A DNA stretch of 64,000 nt. It comes from Oscillospiraceae bacterium (GTDB taxonomy: Bacteria; Bacillota; Clostridia; Oscillospirales; Oscillospiraceae). Numbering within the stretch: position 1 is the stretch's first letter; the number at the start of each line of letters is the position of its first letter. Positions 63,374 to 64,000 of the stretch are shown here, one piece after another. Made by a program: the position numbers and the translations under genes. A model generated the notes under the pieces. That model searched no databases, was not told where the DNA came from, and saw nothing but the letters and a program-made list of their open reading frames with translations. The stretch is taken from positions 6,619 through 70,618 of the forward strand of contig CACYXE010000015.1 in NCBI GenBank assembly GCA_902778275.1, written 5' to 3'.

Positions 63374-64000
63374 ATGAGAGAACATAAAAGTATTTCCATT
63401 GCGGACCAGATCTTTGAGCAGCTGGAGCATGACATCCTGTCCGGCAAATATGCCAGGGGAGAGACGCTCAGCGAGCTGCGCCTGTCCAACGAACTGGGCG
63501 TCAGCCGCACGCCGGTGCGTGAGGCCATCCGCCGCCTGGAGCAGGAGAATATCCTGGAGGAATCCGGCCGCGGCATGATCGTCGTGGGCATCACCCATGA
63601 GGATATGATGGATATGTACGAGATCCGCATGGAGGTGGAGAGCCTGGCGGCCCGCCGCGCTGCCGAGCGGATCACAGATGCGGAGCTGAAGGAGATGCGC
63701 AACATCCTGGACCTGCAGCAATTTTACGCGGGCAAAGGCGGAGTCGACAGCTCCAACCAGATCCGGAACCTGGACTCCCAGTTCCACGATCTGCTGTACC
63801 GCTGCAGCGGCAGCAAGATTTACTATAACGTGCTGCACTCCCTGCACAAGAAGATCACCAAGTTCCGCATGGCCTCTGTCAGCAGACAGAGCCGGGCGAA
63901 GAAGTCCATCGAGGAGCACGAGGCCATCTATGAGGCTCTGGCGGCCCACGACGGGGATCGGGCATACGCCGCCGCCGTGCAGCATATGAACAATGCCAGG
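63374..64000 (+). CDS. GntR family regulator, FadR/FCD subfamily (3' end lies outside the window)
   Basis: AGGAGGG SD. Frame is open to the window end. LSELRLSNELGVSRTPVREAIRRLEQE wHTH, then an FCD-like helical domain. Not in the ORF track because there is no stop codon. Confidence 0.85.
   Translation, partial: MREHKSISIADQIFEQLEHDILSGKYARGETLSELRLSNELGVSRTPVREAIRRLEQENILEESGRGMIVVGITHEDMMDMYEIRMEVESLAARRAAERITDAELKEMRNILDLQQFYAGKGGVDSSNQIRNLDSQFHDLLYRCSGSKIYYNVLHSLHKKITKFRMASVSRQSRAKKSIEEHEAIYEALAAHDGDRAYAAAVQHMNNAR

Overview
64 kb of a high-GC (about 60%) Clostridia-type chromosome. My guess is an Oscillospiraceae-like gut anaerobe; this is inference only. I support about 56 protein genes, one tRNA-Ala(CGC), one Trp T-box riboswitch, one perfect CIRCE operator, several sigma-A-like promoters and many intrinsic terminators. 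I found no rRNA, CRISPR array, transposase, integrase or phage genes.

Gene content is mostly core:
- recJ-rel-dtd-MBL-nucleotidyltransferase-galE operon
- pfkA and DegV
- Zn/Mn ABC importer
- polar amino-acid ABC importer plus an alanine racemase homologue
- hsp20, NhaC, TatD, two CapA paralogues, membrane pyrophosphatase
- glgB-glgA-GH13
- a flavin reductase and an Fe-S flavoprotein with an orphan hypA
- VTC/DUF4956/beta-helix triad
- sdpRI, ThrH, YegP and envelope proteins
- TrpB2 behind the T-box
- a sulfur block: C-N hydrolase, mnmA, metNIQ, an Rrf2 regulator and cysK

The long ORFs antisense to these genes in the ORF track are high-GC shadow frames.

Most interesting observations:
1. An unlisted 36-codon ORF with 12 Met and 5 Cys, followed by a terminator, directly upstream of metNIQ. 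No S-box or T-box is visible there.
2. The uncharacterised VTC-DUF4956-secreted beta-helix cluster, with phased direct repeats upstream.
3. An array of six mismatch-free hairpins forming the tatD leader.
4. A cloverleaf-like four-way junction next to tRNA-Ala, ending in a duplicate of the tRNA 3' end.

All functional calls rest on motif and family recognition by eye. No database search was run.
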